The notes beneath the pieces were generated by a model. It worked only from the letters and a program-made list of their open reading frames with translations. It was not told the origin of the DNA and did no database searches. A program made the position numbers and the translations under genes. DNA of 64,000 bases from Candidatus Gottesmanbacteria bacterium (GTDB lineage: Bacteria > Patescibacteriota > Microgenomatia > 2-02-FULL-39-11), in the NCBI GenBank assembly GCA_016186795.1, contig JACPKY010000001.1:129357-193356 (forward strand), read 5' to 3'. Shown in pieces: positions 31,584 to 41,099 of the stretch (positions within the stretch are counted from its first letter, which is position 1; every line of letters starts with the position of its first letter).

Positions 31584-32444
31584 CTATACTTTTTTAAAAA
31601 TAACTGTAACAAGACCTGCAACGATTATACACCCTCCTATCCATTGTTGAAGCGTCATATTCTCTTTCAAAAATACGACACCAAGGATGGCTGCAAGAAA
31701 CATCGCAGGTACAAGAAAAAACGACCCTATGGCTCCTGGAAGGTATTTGAGACTGCTGTAGAGGAACGTAACACCGGTAAGGTAAAAAAAGCCATTCAGA
31801 AGTATGAGGAGAATGTCTCGCCCATCATATGTAGGGAAAGTTCCACCATTTATGACAAAAGGTATTAAGAATATTCCTCCAATAAGAAAACGAACCGATG
31901 TTACAACACTTGTCGGAATTTGGGGATCTATCTTTTTTGTCATAACATCAGTAATCCCAAAAGCAAGAGTCCCAGAAACTAGCATTATTTCACCAATCCG
32001 AAAGTTAAAACGCTCCGTCTGGGAAAGAAGATAGGCTCCGAAAAGCAGAAGACCCATACCGAGAAGTTGTCGAGGTACAATAGATTCTTTTAACCAAACG
32101 TATGCGGTCAAAGTGGCAAAGACGACTTCCAGTTGCAAAAGGAATGCTGCTTCGGAAACTGGAACAATTTGTAAACCCGATAGGGCAAAATAACCTCCTA
32201 TTCCTGAAGCAAGAATTCCAAATACCAAAAGAAGCGGAATGTCTTTTCGATTCACTTTCCTTAGAGAATACTTGGATAAAACAAGTGTAATCGGCAAAAA
32301 GAGAATTCCAATGACAAGTGATGTCCAAACCGTCACAACGAGAGGAGGAAACTTGGATACGAGGAGTTTGGCAGGAAAAAGATCGAGTGAGAAAATAATT
32401 GTTGTCAGTACTCCAAAGAAAAGTCCCTTCTGATAGTTTTTCAT
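31584..32444 (-). CDS. DMT/EamA family transporter
   Basis: Two EamA repeats (WLKE, FLKE), about 10 TM. Confidence 0.87.
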   Translation of the reverse strand: MKNYQKGLFFGVLTTIIFSLDLFPAKLLVSKFPPLVVTVWTSLVIGILFLPITLVLSKYSLRKVNRKDIPLLLVFGILASGIGGYFALSGLQIVPVSEAAFLLQLEVVFATLTAYVWLKESIVPRQLLGMGLLLFGAYLLSQTERFNFRIGEIMLVSGTLAFGITDVMTKKIDPQIPTSVVTSVRFLIGGIFLIPFVINGGTFPTYDGRDILLILLNGFFYLTGVTFLYSSLKYLPGAIGSFFLVPAMFLAAILGVVFLKENMTLQQWIGGCIIVAGLVTVIFKKV

Positions 32445-32650
32445 AAAAAAACTCCCGCTAAAAATAGACTACTGTCTTAAGGACGGGAGTTCAAGAGTAT
32501 CTCCTCCGTGGTGCCACCTTAATTCCGGAAGGCTTCTTCCGCTCGTTTGAGACCTACTTTCCTCTGATTCGTATTACTTGAGGATTTCTTCAGTCTCCAG
32601 CTCCGAGGCTCGGTCCAGATTTTTTCATCTCTAGGTTCCTCATCAACGCT
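32445..32650 (-). ncRNA. T-box riboswitch leader
   Basis: AATTAAGGTGGCACCACGG T-box motif (32506-32524); antiterminator partner CCGTCCTT; terminator AACTCCCG...CGGGAGTTTTTTT; upstream of an aaRS operon. Confidence 0.85.
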
Positions 32651-32659
32651 ATTGGAAGG

Positions 32660-32688
32660 ATTGTATTGAACAATACTATTTCTGTCAA
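32660..32688 (-). promoter_or_regulatory. Sigma70 promoter of the T-box leader
   Basis: TTGACA-17 nt-TACAAT. Confidence 0.8.
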
Positions 32689-32780
32689 TACTGTCAGTTT
32701 TTATGTTTGAACTTTCGGATATTTTTCACTAACCCATCCGCCAACTGGCGGATAGATTATAGGCAGAATCGAGGATATAC

Positions 32781-33704
32781 TTACTGACCGGCAGGGGTTG
32801 TTGGTTGAACTTGCGCACCTCCCGTTGCCCCGGTTGGAACAACTTCCTTCTCCATCGCTTTGGGTGTGGTAGTCACTTTTGGCTTTGGTTGTGCTAAAGC
32901 TTCTTTGGTTGTCGTGATAACCTCAACAACTGGGGCTTTTGCCCAAGCAGCAACTGCTGCGGTTGTATACTGCGGTGTCCCGTTTGCTGCAACTGGTACG
33001 AGTGCGAAGTAGTACTTTACACCGGGAGTAAGGTATCCAACTGTGAACCAACGTATGTTACCCATATTCAAGAGGCCATACTGATATGATCCCGCTTTGG
33101 TTCCATATACCAGGTGATAGTTTTCGGCTCCTGAAACATTGGTCCAGTAAAGAGTTACTTGCCCCACCTTTGGACCTGCCTTGGCCCACAGTTTCTCGGC
33201 TCCAACTGGTCCGCCTGTCTTTGCCGAAACTGTTGGTTGAGCTGCCGCTTGGTCTTTTTTCACAGTCGGCGCACCTACTTTTGTATCCATCGATGCTGTT
33301 GAAACAACACCGCCTGCCGCAACCGCCCAGACTTCGCCAGAAAATGGACTTGAGGCACCATTGTGAGCTGCAATCATCCGGAAGTAGTATTTCACTCCTG
33401 GAGTAAGACTCTTGACGGTGTATTTTCTACTCATTTCACCGCCAATGTTTTCTGCTCCATATATGTATGTATTAGTCTTTGTTCCGTATGCAACACCGTA
33501 ACGGTCCGCGTAGTTGACGCCTTCCCAATAGATTGTAACTTCTCCCGCTTTTGGACCTGATTTTGCCCATACTTTTTTTGGAGCTTCCGGTCTTAACCCC
33601 CCCGAGGAATCACCGGCGTACACTTTGGAAGGAGCAAGGATTGACCCAACTCCCGCAATTCCCAATATTAATACCAGGAAGGAAAATGAGTAGATTTTTT
33701 TCAT
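32781..33704 (-). CDS. Secreted protein with two fibronectin type III domains
   Basis: Two repeats of VT.YW...A..Y...YGT....Y....LTPGVKYYF. Confidence 0.85.
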   Translation of the reverse strand: MKKIYSFSFLVLILGIAGVGSILAPSKVYAGDSSGGLRPEAPKKVWAKSGPKAGEVTIYWEGVNYADRYGVAYGTKTNTYIYGAENIGGEMSRKYTVKSLTPGVKYYFRMIAAHNGASSPFSGEVWAVAAGGVVSTASMDTKVGAPTVKKDQAAAQPTVSAKTGGPVGAEKLWAKAGPKVGQVTLYWTNVSGAENYHLVYGTKAGSYQYGLLNMGNIRWFTVGYLTPGVKYYFALVPVAANGTPQYTTAAVAAWAKAPVVEVITTTKEALAQPKPKVTTTPKAMEKEVVPTGATGGAQVQPTTPAGQ

Positions 33705-33956
33705 ATACTTCAACTTTCTAGTAATTTTCACAGTCTGTCAAGGACTAATTAAATATAAATAAAAATATACAAAGGTAACAAAATATATCAATCCAAATGG
33801 AAAGTCCATTTCCTTTTCCCAACTCTCTCTTGACAGCGTGAATAAATGTGTGAAATGCTAGAACCAGTAAGGAAAACCTACAAAATAAATATGACCAGTT
33901 GGTAACAACAGACGGTGAACCTGAAAAGACGGTTTTCTTGTAGGTGGTTTTTTCAT

Positions 33957-36395
33957 ATGGCACGTCGCAAAAAGAAATCAATCGCAAAAAAAGTACAACT
34001 CCATAGCATGAGACCTATGGAATCGCTTCATGCCTTTCTTCGAAGCATAAATCTCTCAATAGTGAAAAAGACTTCTCCACGGATTAGCCAAAGGACGAAG
34101 AAAGTGAAGGGAAAATTGATGGTAACGAAAAACCTGAAAAAGCGAGGATTTTCACAATCAACATCCGTTCAATTATTCCTTACCGAATTCCACCGCTCAA
34201 AGACAAACACTCATATAACACTCACGAAAAAGAAAGAGACGCTTTCAAAACTTCCATCACAAACAGGAATATTTCTCAAGACATTTTGGAGCAGAAACCA
34301 AAGAGTAATTATTCCAATCGTTGGAATAGGTTTCATCGCAAGCGGAACATTCTACTTTTATATCCTTCGAGATCTCCCTTCACCGTTTACTCTTTCTTCC
34401 CAGCATATTGCGCAGACAACGATTATACGGGATCGCAATGGAATCGTTTTGTATAAAGTCTACAAAGACGCAAACCGCGTTAAAATGACATGGGATGAAA
34501 TCCCAACAGTCGTGAAAAATGCAACAATTGCCATTGAAGATGCCGATTTTTACCGCCATAACGGAATTTCTCCCAAAGCAATTGTCAGGGCATTCCTCTA
34601 CAACCTTCAGCAAACAAATATCAATACCTATCAAGGGGGTTCTACTATCACCCAGCAATTAGTAAAAAACAGGCTCCTCAATCAACAGAAAACATATAAA
34701 CGGAAAGCTCAAGAAATTATTCTAGCCCTAGCAACCGACCTTCTCTATTCAAAAAAAGAAATCCTCAACATGTATCTCAATGAAGTAGGTTACGGAGGTC
34801 CGGCATATGGGATTGAGTCGGCCGCACAGATGTATTTCGGAGTACATGCGAAAGACTTGAGTTTAGCTCAAGCAGCATTCCTTGCTGGTCTTCCGGCTGC
34901 CCCAACGACATTTTCTCCTTTTGGCACAAATCCGCACCTATCAACAATTCGGCAGCAGCAAGTTCTTGATAGGATGTTAAACCTTTCCATGATCTCCAAA
35001 ACTGCGTATGATCAAGCACGAAATGAACTCCTTGTTTTTGCTGCACAAAAAATTGATATCTTGGCTCCCCATTTCGTAATGTTTGTCAAAGACCAACTGG
35101 TGACGCAATTGGGTGAAAATGTTGTCGTCGGCGGAGGCCTTGATGTTATTACTACTCTTGATTATTCCATTCAGCAAAAGGCAGAAGAGGTAGTGAAAAA
35201 GCAAATAGAAAGTATGGGAAAAGGCTACAATATCCATAATGGCGCAGCTCTTGTCACCGACCCGCAAACAGGAGAAATCTTAGCCATGGTTGGATCACAG
35301 GATTACTTTGATGTTGCAAACAAAGGCCATGTCAATGTCACAACAGCTCTTCGACAACCTGGCTCTTCCATAAAAGTAGTCAATTACGCCTACGCCTTTG
35401 ACCATGGCTATACTCCCAATAGCGTTATTGAGGACTCACCGGTTGTGTTTGTAGCACCAGGTGCGACCGAACGGTATGCACCACAAAATTACGATTCGAA
35501 ATTCCATGGGAACGTCACCTTTCGGTCGGCATTGGCAAATTCCTACAATATTCCTGCTGTAAAAATCCTCAATCGGATTGGGGTTCCCAACATGCTTGAG
35601 CAGGGAAGAAAGATGGGGATACGAAGCTGGAATGATCCACCTCCTATCGGGCTTTCGCTCACATTAGGAGGGCTTGAGGTAACCATGCTTGATATGGCAC
35701 GAGTCTACGGAACACTGGCAAATCAAGGGGTGAGGAAAGAGTTGAAGTTCATAAAAGAGATTCGGGATAGTGACCAATCTGACCTGACAAAACTTTTTTA
35801 TGAAAAAAGCAAAGACCTATCGCTTATCGGAAGTGTCGAGGCAGAAGAAAATGCTCAAGTCGTTTCCCCTCTTGCCGCTTATTGGCTGACAGACATCCTT
35901 GCCGATAACAACGCCCGGCTTCCAGCCTTTGGACGGTATGCAAAGCTATCAGTACCTGGACATAAAGTCGCTGTGAAAACAGGAACATCAAATAATTTCC
36001 GGGATAACTGGACGATCGGCTTCTCACCAAACTATCTTGTGGCAACGTGGGTTGGCAATAGTGATGGAACGTACATGAACAAAAATCTTGTTTCAGGCAT
36101 AACAGGAGCTGCCCCAATTTGGCATGAAATTATGTCATCTCTCCTTTCCGATGTTGAGGCAAAGGAATTCTCTGTCCCTGAAGGACTCATTCCAATTAAA
36201 GTTTGTGCAGTCAATGGCCTTCTTACCTGCCCCAACTGTCCGCAGGAGAAAATAGAGTACTTTGCCGCTGATAAAGTCCCAACGAAACAGTGCTATTTCA
36301 GATCTGCCTCAGACTGTGCTTCTGCCAAGCAGCAAGCAGAAGGAAAATCTGAGGAAGAAAAAAAGCAACTCCTTGCCGGATGCTTCGCAAACTAA
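33957..36395 (+). CDS. Class A penicillin-binding protein (PBP1A family)
   Basis: EDADFYRHNG, GGSTITQQL, RKAQE (transglycosylase); SSIK, SYN, KTG (transpeptidase). Confidence 0.95.
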   Translation: MARRKKKSIAKKVQLHSMRPMESLHAFLRSINLSIVKKTSPRISQRTKKVKGKLMVTKNLKKRGFSQSTSVQLFLTEFHRSKTNTHITLTKKKETLSKLPSQTGIFLKTFWSRNQRVIIPIVGIGFIASGTFYFYILRDLPSPFTLSSQHIAQTTIIRDRNGIVLYKVYKDANRVKMTWDEIPTVVKNATIAIEDADFYRHNGISPKAIVRAFLYNLQQTNINTYQGGSTITQQLVKNRLLNQQKTYKRKAQEIILALATDLLYSKKEILNMYLNEVGYGGPAYGIESAAQMYFGVHAKDLSLAQAAFLAGLPAAPTTFSPFGTNPHLSTIRQQQVLDRMLNLSMISKTAYDQARNELLVFAAQKIDILAPHFVMFVKDQLVTQLGENVVVGGGLDVITTLDYSIQQKAEEVVKKQIESMGKGYNIHNGAALVTDPQTGEILAMVGSQDYFDVANKGHVNVTTALRQPGSSIKVVNYAYAFDHGYTPNSVIEDSPVVFVAPGATERYAPQNYDSKFHGNVTFRSALANSYNIPAVKILNRIGVPNMLEQGRKMGIRSWNDPPPIGLSLTLGGLEVTMLDMARVYGTLANQGVRKELKFIKEIRDSDQSDLTKLFYEKSKDLSLIGSVEAEENAQVVSPLAAYWLTDILADNNARLPAFGRYAKLSVPGHKVAVKTGTSNNFRDNWTIGFSPNYLVATWVGNSDGTYMNKNLVSGITGAAPIWHEIMSSLLSDVEAKEFSVPEGLIPIKVCAVNGLLTCPNCPQEKIEYFAADKVPTKQCYFRSASDCASAKQQAEGKSEEEKKQLLAGCFAN

Positions 36396-36453
36396 TCTAA
36401 TTTCCATATCTTAAATTGACATACTATTCATACAATGGTATTATTTATACCAA

Positions 36454-36732
36454 ATGAATACGTCTATGATCGTCACAAATATCCGGATGCCGAAACAGAT
36501 CTATACCAAAGTAAAAACATTGGCTGCGGAAAAAGGTATAAGTTTCAACCAATATATCAATCAACTTGTTGCCGAAAAGACAAGATTAAAACAATTGGGA
36601 TTGGATAAAAAACCACTCAAAAGAAACCAATATCCATCTCTCTGGGATTTAGCAAAGTTAGCCAAACTTCCCTCAAAGCCCATGGGTGCATCGAAGGATG
36701 ACAAAATCATTTACGGTATAGATGATCGATAA
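36454..36732 (+). CDS. RHH-type antitoxin
   Basis: TNIRMPK..Y..VK..AAEKGISFNQYI; overlaps the PIN gene. Confidence 0.75.
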   Translation: MNTSMIVTNIRMPKQIYTKVKTLAAEKGISFNQYINQLVAEKTRLKQLGLDKKPLKRNQYPSLWDLAKLAKLPSKPMGASKDDKIIYGIDDR

Positions 36733-37126
36733 AGTATTTATTGACACGAGTTTTTTAAAGGCCGTGGTCGACGAAAAAGACGACTTTTATACCGATGCGT
36801 TAAGGATTTGGAACAGATTCCGGGAGGGAAATTTTCAGCTTCTTACCTCTAATTTTATCCTTGATGAGACACTTACACTTGTTCGTATCCGCAGAGGTCT
36901 CCATATTATAGAATTATTTAGAAAAATTCTTGCCGGAAAGCCTGCTATAGAAATAGAAAGAGTTGCTCTTGAGGACGAAGAAAATGCATGGAAATGGTTC
37001 ATGCTTCCCTGGAAAGATCTATCCTTTACTGACTGCATCTCCTTTGCCTTGATGAAGCGGCTTGGACTGAACAGAGTTGCTACTTTCGATAAACACTTCC
37101 GCCAGGCCGGATTTATCCTCTTTTGA
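36722..37126 (+). CDS. VapC-like PIN domain toxin
   Basis: VFIDTS, ILDE, LSFTDC, TFDKHF. Confidence 0.9.
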   Translation: MIDKVFIDTSFLKAVVDEKDDFYTDALRIWNRFREGNFQLLTSNFILDETLTLVRIRRGLHIIELFRKILAGKPAIEIERVALEDEENAWKWFMLPWKDLSFTDCISFALMKRLGLNRVATFDKHFRQAGFILF

Positions 37127-37174
37127 CCAACTAGTATTTTGCCTGTCCCCCGGGCACTCAGGACATACGGCCAC

Positions 37175-37203
37175 TTGACAAGTAACCTATAGTAGGATAT
37201 ACT
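37175..37203 (+). promoter_or_regulatory. Sigma70 promoter with inverted TACTATAGG motif in the spacer
   Basis: TTGACA-17 nt-TATACT. Confidence 0.7.
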
Positions 37204-37267
37204 CCCCTTTCTTCCTCGAAGTAGAGACAAATAATCATCGTATAAACTACGATGGTTTTTTGTATCT

Positions 37268-37879
37268 ATGAGACAGTATATCTTCTTCATCTTACTAGTC
37301 CTTTTCCTTAGCCCTCTAGGTGGGCTGGTTCATTCTGCCTATGCATCTGCCGAGGCTATTGAGGAGGACGCAATTCAGAAGCTTATGATTGATCCGAGGT
37401 CTGAGGTGCCTGAGTATAAACTCTTGCCCAAACCCACTCCAGCCCCTCAAGAAAATAGCCTCCAGACAGAGGACGACCGTGCCTGGACGACCTCCCTCTA
37501 CCGAAAGACGATTGGCGAAGTAGCCAATAAGTACCATCTTGATGCACAGCTTCTCTATGCTACCATCATGACTGAATCTGAGGGGAACGAGTTTGCCTTC
37601 CGCTACGAACCTCAAATCAAGGACGCGAGCTTTTGTATCGGGCAAATACTTCTTTCTACTGCCCGTTCTCTTGGGTTTAACGGAGAACCAAAGGAGCTCT
37701 ATAACCCTGAGATCTGTATTGACCTCATGGGGAGATACTACCGCTTCATGCTTGATACCCATGGAGAACTTACGTTCGTGCAGCTTGCACAAGCATACAA
37801 CACTGGCTCACCGTTTAAATGGGCAGTTCCAGGACACATCGAAAGATTTACCATTTGGTATGAAGAGAAAGGAAGCTAA
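37268..37879 (+). CDS. Secreted lytic transglycosylase (SLT domain)
   Basis: Signal peptide; IMTESEG, GQI, AYNTG. Confidence 0.85.
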   Translation: MRQYIFFILLVLFLSPLGGLVHSAYASAEAIEEDAIQKLMIDPRSEVPEYKLLPKPTPAPQENSLQTEDDRAWTTSLYRKTIGEVANKYHLDAQLLYATIMTESEGNEFAFRYEPQIKDASFCIGQILLSTARSLGFNGEPKELYNPEICIDLMGRYYRFMLDTHGELTFVQLAQAYNTGSPFKWAVPGHIERFTIWYEEKGS

Positions 37880-37883
37880 AGGT

Positions 37884-38783
37884 CTACTTCACTTGCCAAC
37901 TCTTCCCATCACTCACTACCTCAATATCTCCATCCACATCGGTCCTTCTTAACTGTATCGATCTATTTCGTAAGAGATCAATTGCTTCTTTTGAAGGATG
38001 ACCGTAGCTATTTTTCCCAACAGAAATGACAGCAAGTTCTGGACGGATAAAATCAAGAAATTCGCGGCTCATGCCGGTTTTGGAACCATGATGTGGAACT
38101 TTGAGCACCGTAACTGGTTGTAATAGTCCAAGTCTTAGGATATCTGGCTGAATTCTGATATCCCCATCCCCGGTAAAAAGAGTGTGGAAAGAACCATACG
38201 AAAGATTGATGTAATAGGAAAAATCGTTGATATCAGTCTCGGTGGAAAGACCTAAGATAGCACCAGATATCAAACTGTTAGGATAATCCGCTAGATCGAC
38301 GTGACTAAAAACCCAGTTTTTTTCTGGCCAAACAACCGTAAATTCAACACTTCCAAGTTCGAAATGGTCTCCGGCAAAGAGGTTCTTCAGTGGAATTTGC
38401 TGGCGAGAAAGTTCCTCAATCAACATTCTATATCCTTCAGTATCGTTTTCCTCTAAACCACTAATAAAATATTTCACACTATATCGTTTAATCAGAGAAA
38501 TCAATCCTTGCAGATGATCTTTTTGCGGGTGGGTAAGGAGGACAATATCGATCGTCCGGTCGTAAAAAGGCATATGTTTCCCAAGGCAAAGAAGGATACT
38601 ATCATTGGGTCCGCCATCAATAACCATATCCAAGTTTTCCGGTGTCCTGATATAGGCACCGTCTCCTTGGCCGACGTTGCAAAAAACGATATGGAGAAGA
38701 CCATCGGGAAGAGAGAAAAGATAGCCTCCGAGAAGAATAAGGCCGAAGAGAATCCCAATGATAAAGTACTTTTTAGAGAACAT
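37884..38783 (-). CDS. ComEC-associated metallo-beta-lactamase domain protein
   Basis: VGQGDG, THPQKDHLQG, LKVPHHGS, YGHP, RTD. Confidence 0.9.
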   Translation of the reverse strand: MFSKKYFIIGILFGLILLGGYLFSLPDGLLHIVFCNVGQGDGAYIRTPENLDMVIDGGPNDSILLCLGKHMPFYDRTIDIVLLTHPQKDHLQGLISLIKRYSVKYFISGLEENDTEGYRMLIEELSRQQIPLKNLFAGDHFELGSVEFTVVWPEKNWVFSHVDLADYPNSLISGAILGLSTETDINDFSYYINLSYGSFHTLFTGDGDIRIQPDILRLGLLQPVTVLKVPHHGSKTGMSREFLDFIRPELAVISVGKNSYGHPSKEAIDLLRNRSIQLRRTDVDGDIEVVSDGKSWQVK

Positions 38784-38859
38784 AATTCCCAATAAGAATC
38801 AAATCCCAAATCCCAACTCCAATCAACACCAATGTCAAATAGCAATGACCAATCTATGA

Positions 38860-39663
38860 CTAAAATCGTATCGAAGCGAACGGGATTCGAGCCAAAAGCT
38901 CTATAACAGTAATAATATACGTCAACGGTACCCACGTAAACCATGCCGGCACAATTCCTAAAGGAAGCCAAATTATCGATACTAAACTCGTGAAAAACCC
39001 CAAGATCATAATTGGCTGGATTGCCCATTCTATGAGAACATTCGCGACAGGCGAAATGAGTGAAATTCTGCCAAATCGAAGAAAGATTACTGGCAGTGTA
39101 AAAAGTTGAGCGCTAAGTGTGAGGCGAAGATTTTCTTTCAGAAAATAAAAAAGTTGATCTCTCAATCTATTTTGTAACTGGCGCTTGGATGGTTTATTTG
39201 CCAAAAGGATTCCCAGTGTCGCTAAGAAAGAAAGTTGAAATGAGACATCTTTTACGAGAGAAAAATCGAACAGAAGTATTACCATGGCGGCTAAAAATAA
39301 ACTTAGCAATCCCCAATTTTGTCTGCCAAAAACGATGGCAACCAAATTCATCGAGCCCATAATGGAGGCCCGTACTATTGATGGACTGGCTCCCACAAAC
39401 AAAACAAATAGTACTATAAGACATATCGTAATAATACTAGAGGCCTTTTTTCCCATGAAGGTAAGCATTTTGGCTGTCAGTGTAGTCAAAATAGTAATAT
39501 TTATTCCAGAAAGGGCAATAATATGAAGCGTCCCGGTAGTAATAAGGCTCTGGTAGAAACTCCGTGGCATTGGCCCATCAATACCGAAAAGAATTCCAAG
39601 AAGTAACGATGCCTGAGGCTCGGAAAGAAGATGCTGAATTGGGGCAACGAACGGATTAGTCAT
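38860..39663 (-). CDS. comEC: ComEC/Rec2 competence membrane domain
   Basis: HIIALSG.NI, SIVRA, SFQLSF. Confidence 0.9.
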   Translation of the reverse strand: MTNPFVAPIQHLLSEPQASLLLGILFGIDGPMPRSFYQSLITTGTLHIIALSGINITILTTLTAKMLTFMGKKASSIITICLIVLFVLFVGASPSIVRASIMGSMNLVAIVFGRQNWGLLSLFLAAMVILLFDFSLVKDVSFQLSFLATLGILLANKPSKRQLQNRLRDQLFYFLKENLRLTLSAQLFTLPVIFLRFGRISLISPVANVLIEWAIQPIMILGFFTSLVSIIWLPLGIVPAWFTWVPLTYIITVIELLARIPFASIRF

Positions 39664-39673
39664 GGGGCACCCC

Positions 39674-40444
39674 CTAGGTGATATGTAAGAAGCGGACCAA
39701 GAACTGCAAGCGTTTCTTTTCCGATAGACTAAAAAAGACGAGAAAAAAGCGCAAGGAATAGGTTGCGATAATGGTAAAAAATGTAGAGGTTGTAAAGATG
39801 GTCACAGGGTAATAGCGTAAGTTTACGTCATAGATATTCGTAAATCCTATGAGTAAGAATGTTAGTCCGACAACCAAGAAGAATAAAGGTTTATTGTAGC
39901 CACCGAACCACTGACTTGTGAAAAAGATGGATTTTGTGGAAGAAATTCCTAAGATAACTGAGGCCAAAATAAGAGAAATAAGATATAAATCGCTAATTCG
40001 ATCCTCAAGTGGATGGTTTATTTCCAAAATCCCAAGCATGAAACAGACAAAAAGACTATTTAAGAAAATGAGGTAGTGACTGAGCCTTCCATGAAACATC
40101 TCGTTGACCCGATAGGATAATGCGCGTTTGTCCTGCCGAAGATATCGCCACATAATTTTTCCTGTAAAATGGATACCATCGCCCACGTATGCTCCCGCAA
40201 AAAAGATTAGCATGATAGCAATAAGGTCAAAATCTCCCAATGGAAAAAGTGTCATTGATGGGCGAAGAAGGATGTTTCTGACAATACTGTACCAGCCGAT
40301 ATAAAAAAGGAGAGGGAAAAGAAAAATGGTCAGCCAGTCGCTAACAGGTACGCGTTTAAAGACCTTCTCTTCAAGCCTCCCTCTCCTATGGGAGATAACA
40401 GCAATTAAGGCAACTGCCGCAATGAAAAAAAATCCTTTCAGCAT
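39674..40444 (-). CDS. Multi-TM membrane protein of unknown function
   Basis: About 7 hydrophobic segments; lies between comEA and comEC. Confidence 0.75.
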   Translation of the reverse strand: MLKGFFFIAAVALIAVISHRRGRLEEKVFKRVPVSDWLTIFLFPLLFYIGWYSIVRNILLRPSMTLFPLGDFDLIAIMLIFFAGAYVGDGIHFTGKIMWRYLRQDKRALSYRVNEMFHGRLSHYLIFLNSLFVCFMLGILEINHPLEDRISDLYLISLILASVILGISSTKSIFFTSQWFGGYNKPLFFLVVGLTFLLIGFTNIYDVNLRYYPVTIFTTSTFFTIIATYSLRFFLVFFSLSEKKRLQFLVRFLHIT

Positions 40445-40463
40445 TCCTTTTTACTCTAGCAAA

Positions 40464-41084
40464 TCAGTATAAAGTGATCAAATCGGCTAGATTATCAAAG
40501 GTTTTCTGACCAAGAATTTTTTTCGTCAATAACTCATCAATTGATTTGTACGGACGGCCTGAAATAATTTTCTCGGCGGTCACTGGACCAATACCCGGAA
40601 GAGATTCTAACTCTGATTTTGAGGCAGAATTCAAAGGAATAAGAGCTGATAGATCTGTCGTTTGCATCCCTCGTACGTCCGATTTTGCAGATTCGGAGAC
40701 GTTTGGTATATAGAGTTTTATCCCATCGGTTAGTTTTGATGCTTTATTGAGAGTCTGAGAAACCCAAGTACGATCGGCATTGCTAGATAGACCACCAGCG
40801 ATTGTAAGAGCATCGGAAATCCGAGCCCCTATGGGAAGTTCATACACACCAGGCTTTTGCACTGCTCCTTCAATATCAATAACAACAGTAAGAGTTGAAG
40901 AGTGTGTGGAATCCGTAGAAAAAACAACTTCAGAATCATCCGGTGAACGTTTCACAAGTGTAAATATTCCCGAGGCTACAAGAACTATTCCGACAATACC
41001 AACAATGATAGGTATGGCAAATATCTGCCATATTCTTTTTATTCCCTCAATATGAGAAGACTCATGGTCATCTGAAAAACTCAT
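40464..41084 (-). CDS. comEA: ComEA DNA receptor
   Basis: TM, SLBB (GAVQKPGVY), HhH (LPGIGPVTAEKII). Confidence 0.92.
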   Translation of the reverse strand: MSFSDDHESSHIEGIKRIWQIFAIPIIVGIVGIVLVASGIFTLVKRSPDDSEVVFSTDSTHSSTLTVVIDIEGAVQKPGVYELPIGARISDALTIAGGLSSNADRTWVSQTLNKASKLTDGIKLYIPNVSESAKSDVRGMQTTDLSALIPLNSASKSELESLPGIGPVTAEKIISGRPYKSIDELLTKKILGQKTFDNLADLITLY

Positions 41085-41099
41085 GCTGTACTAGGAGTA

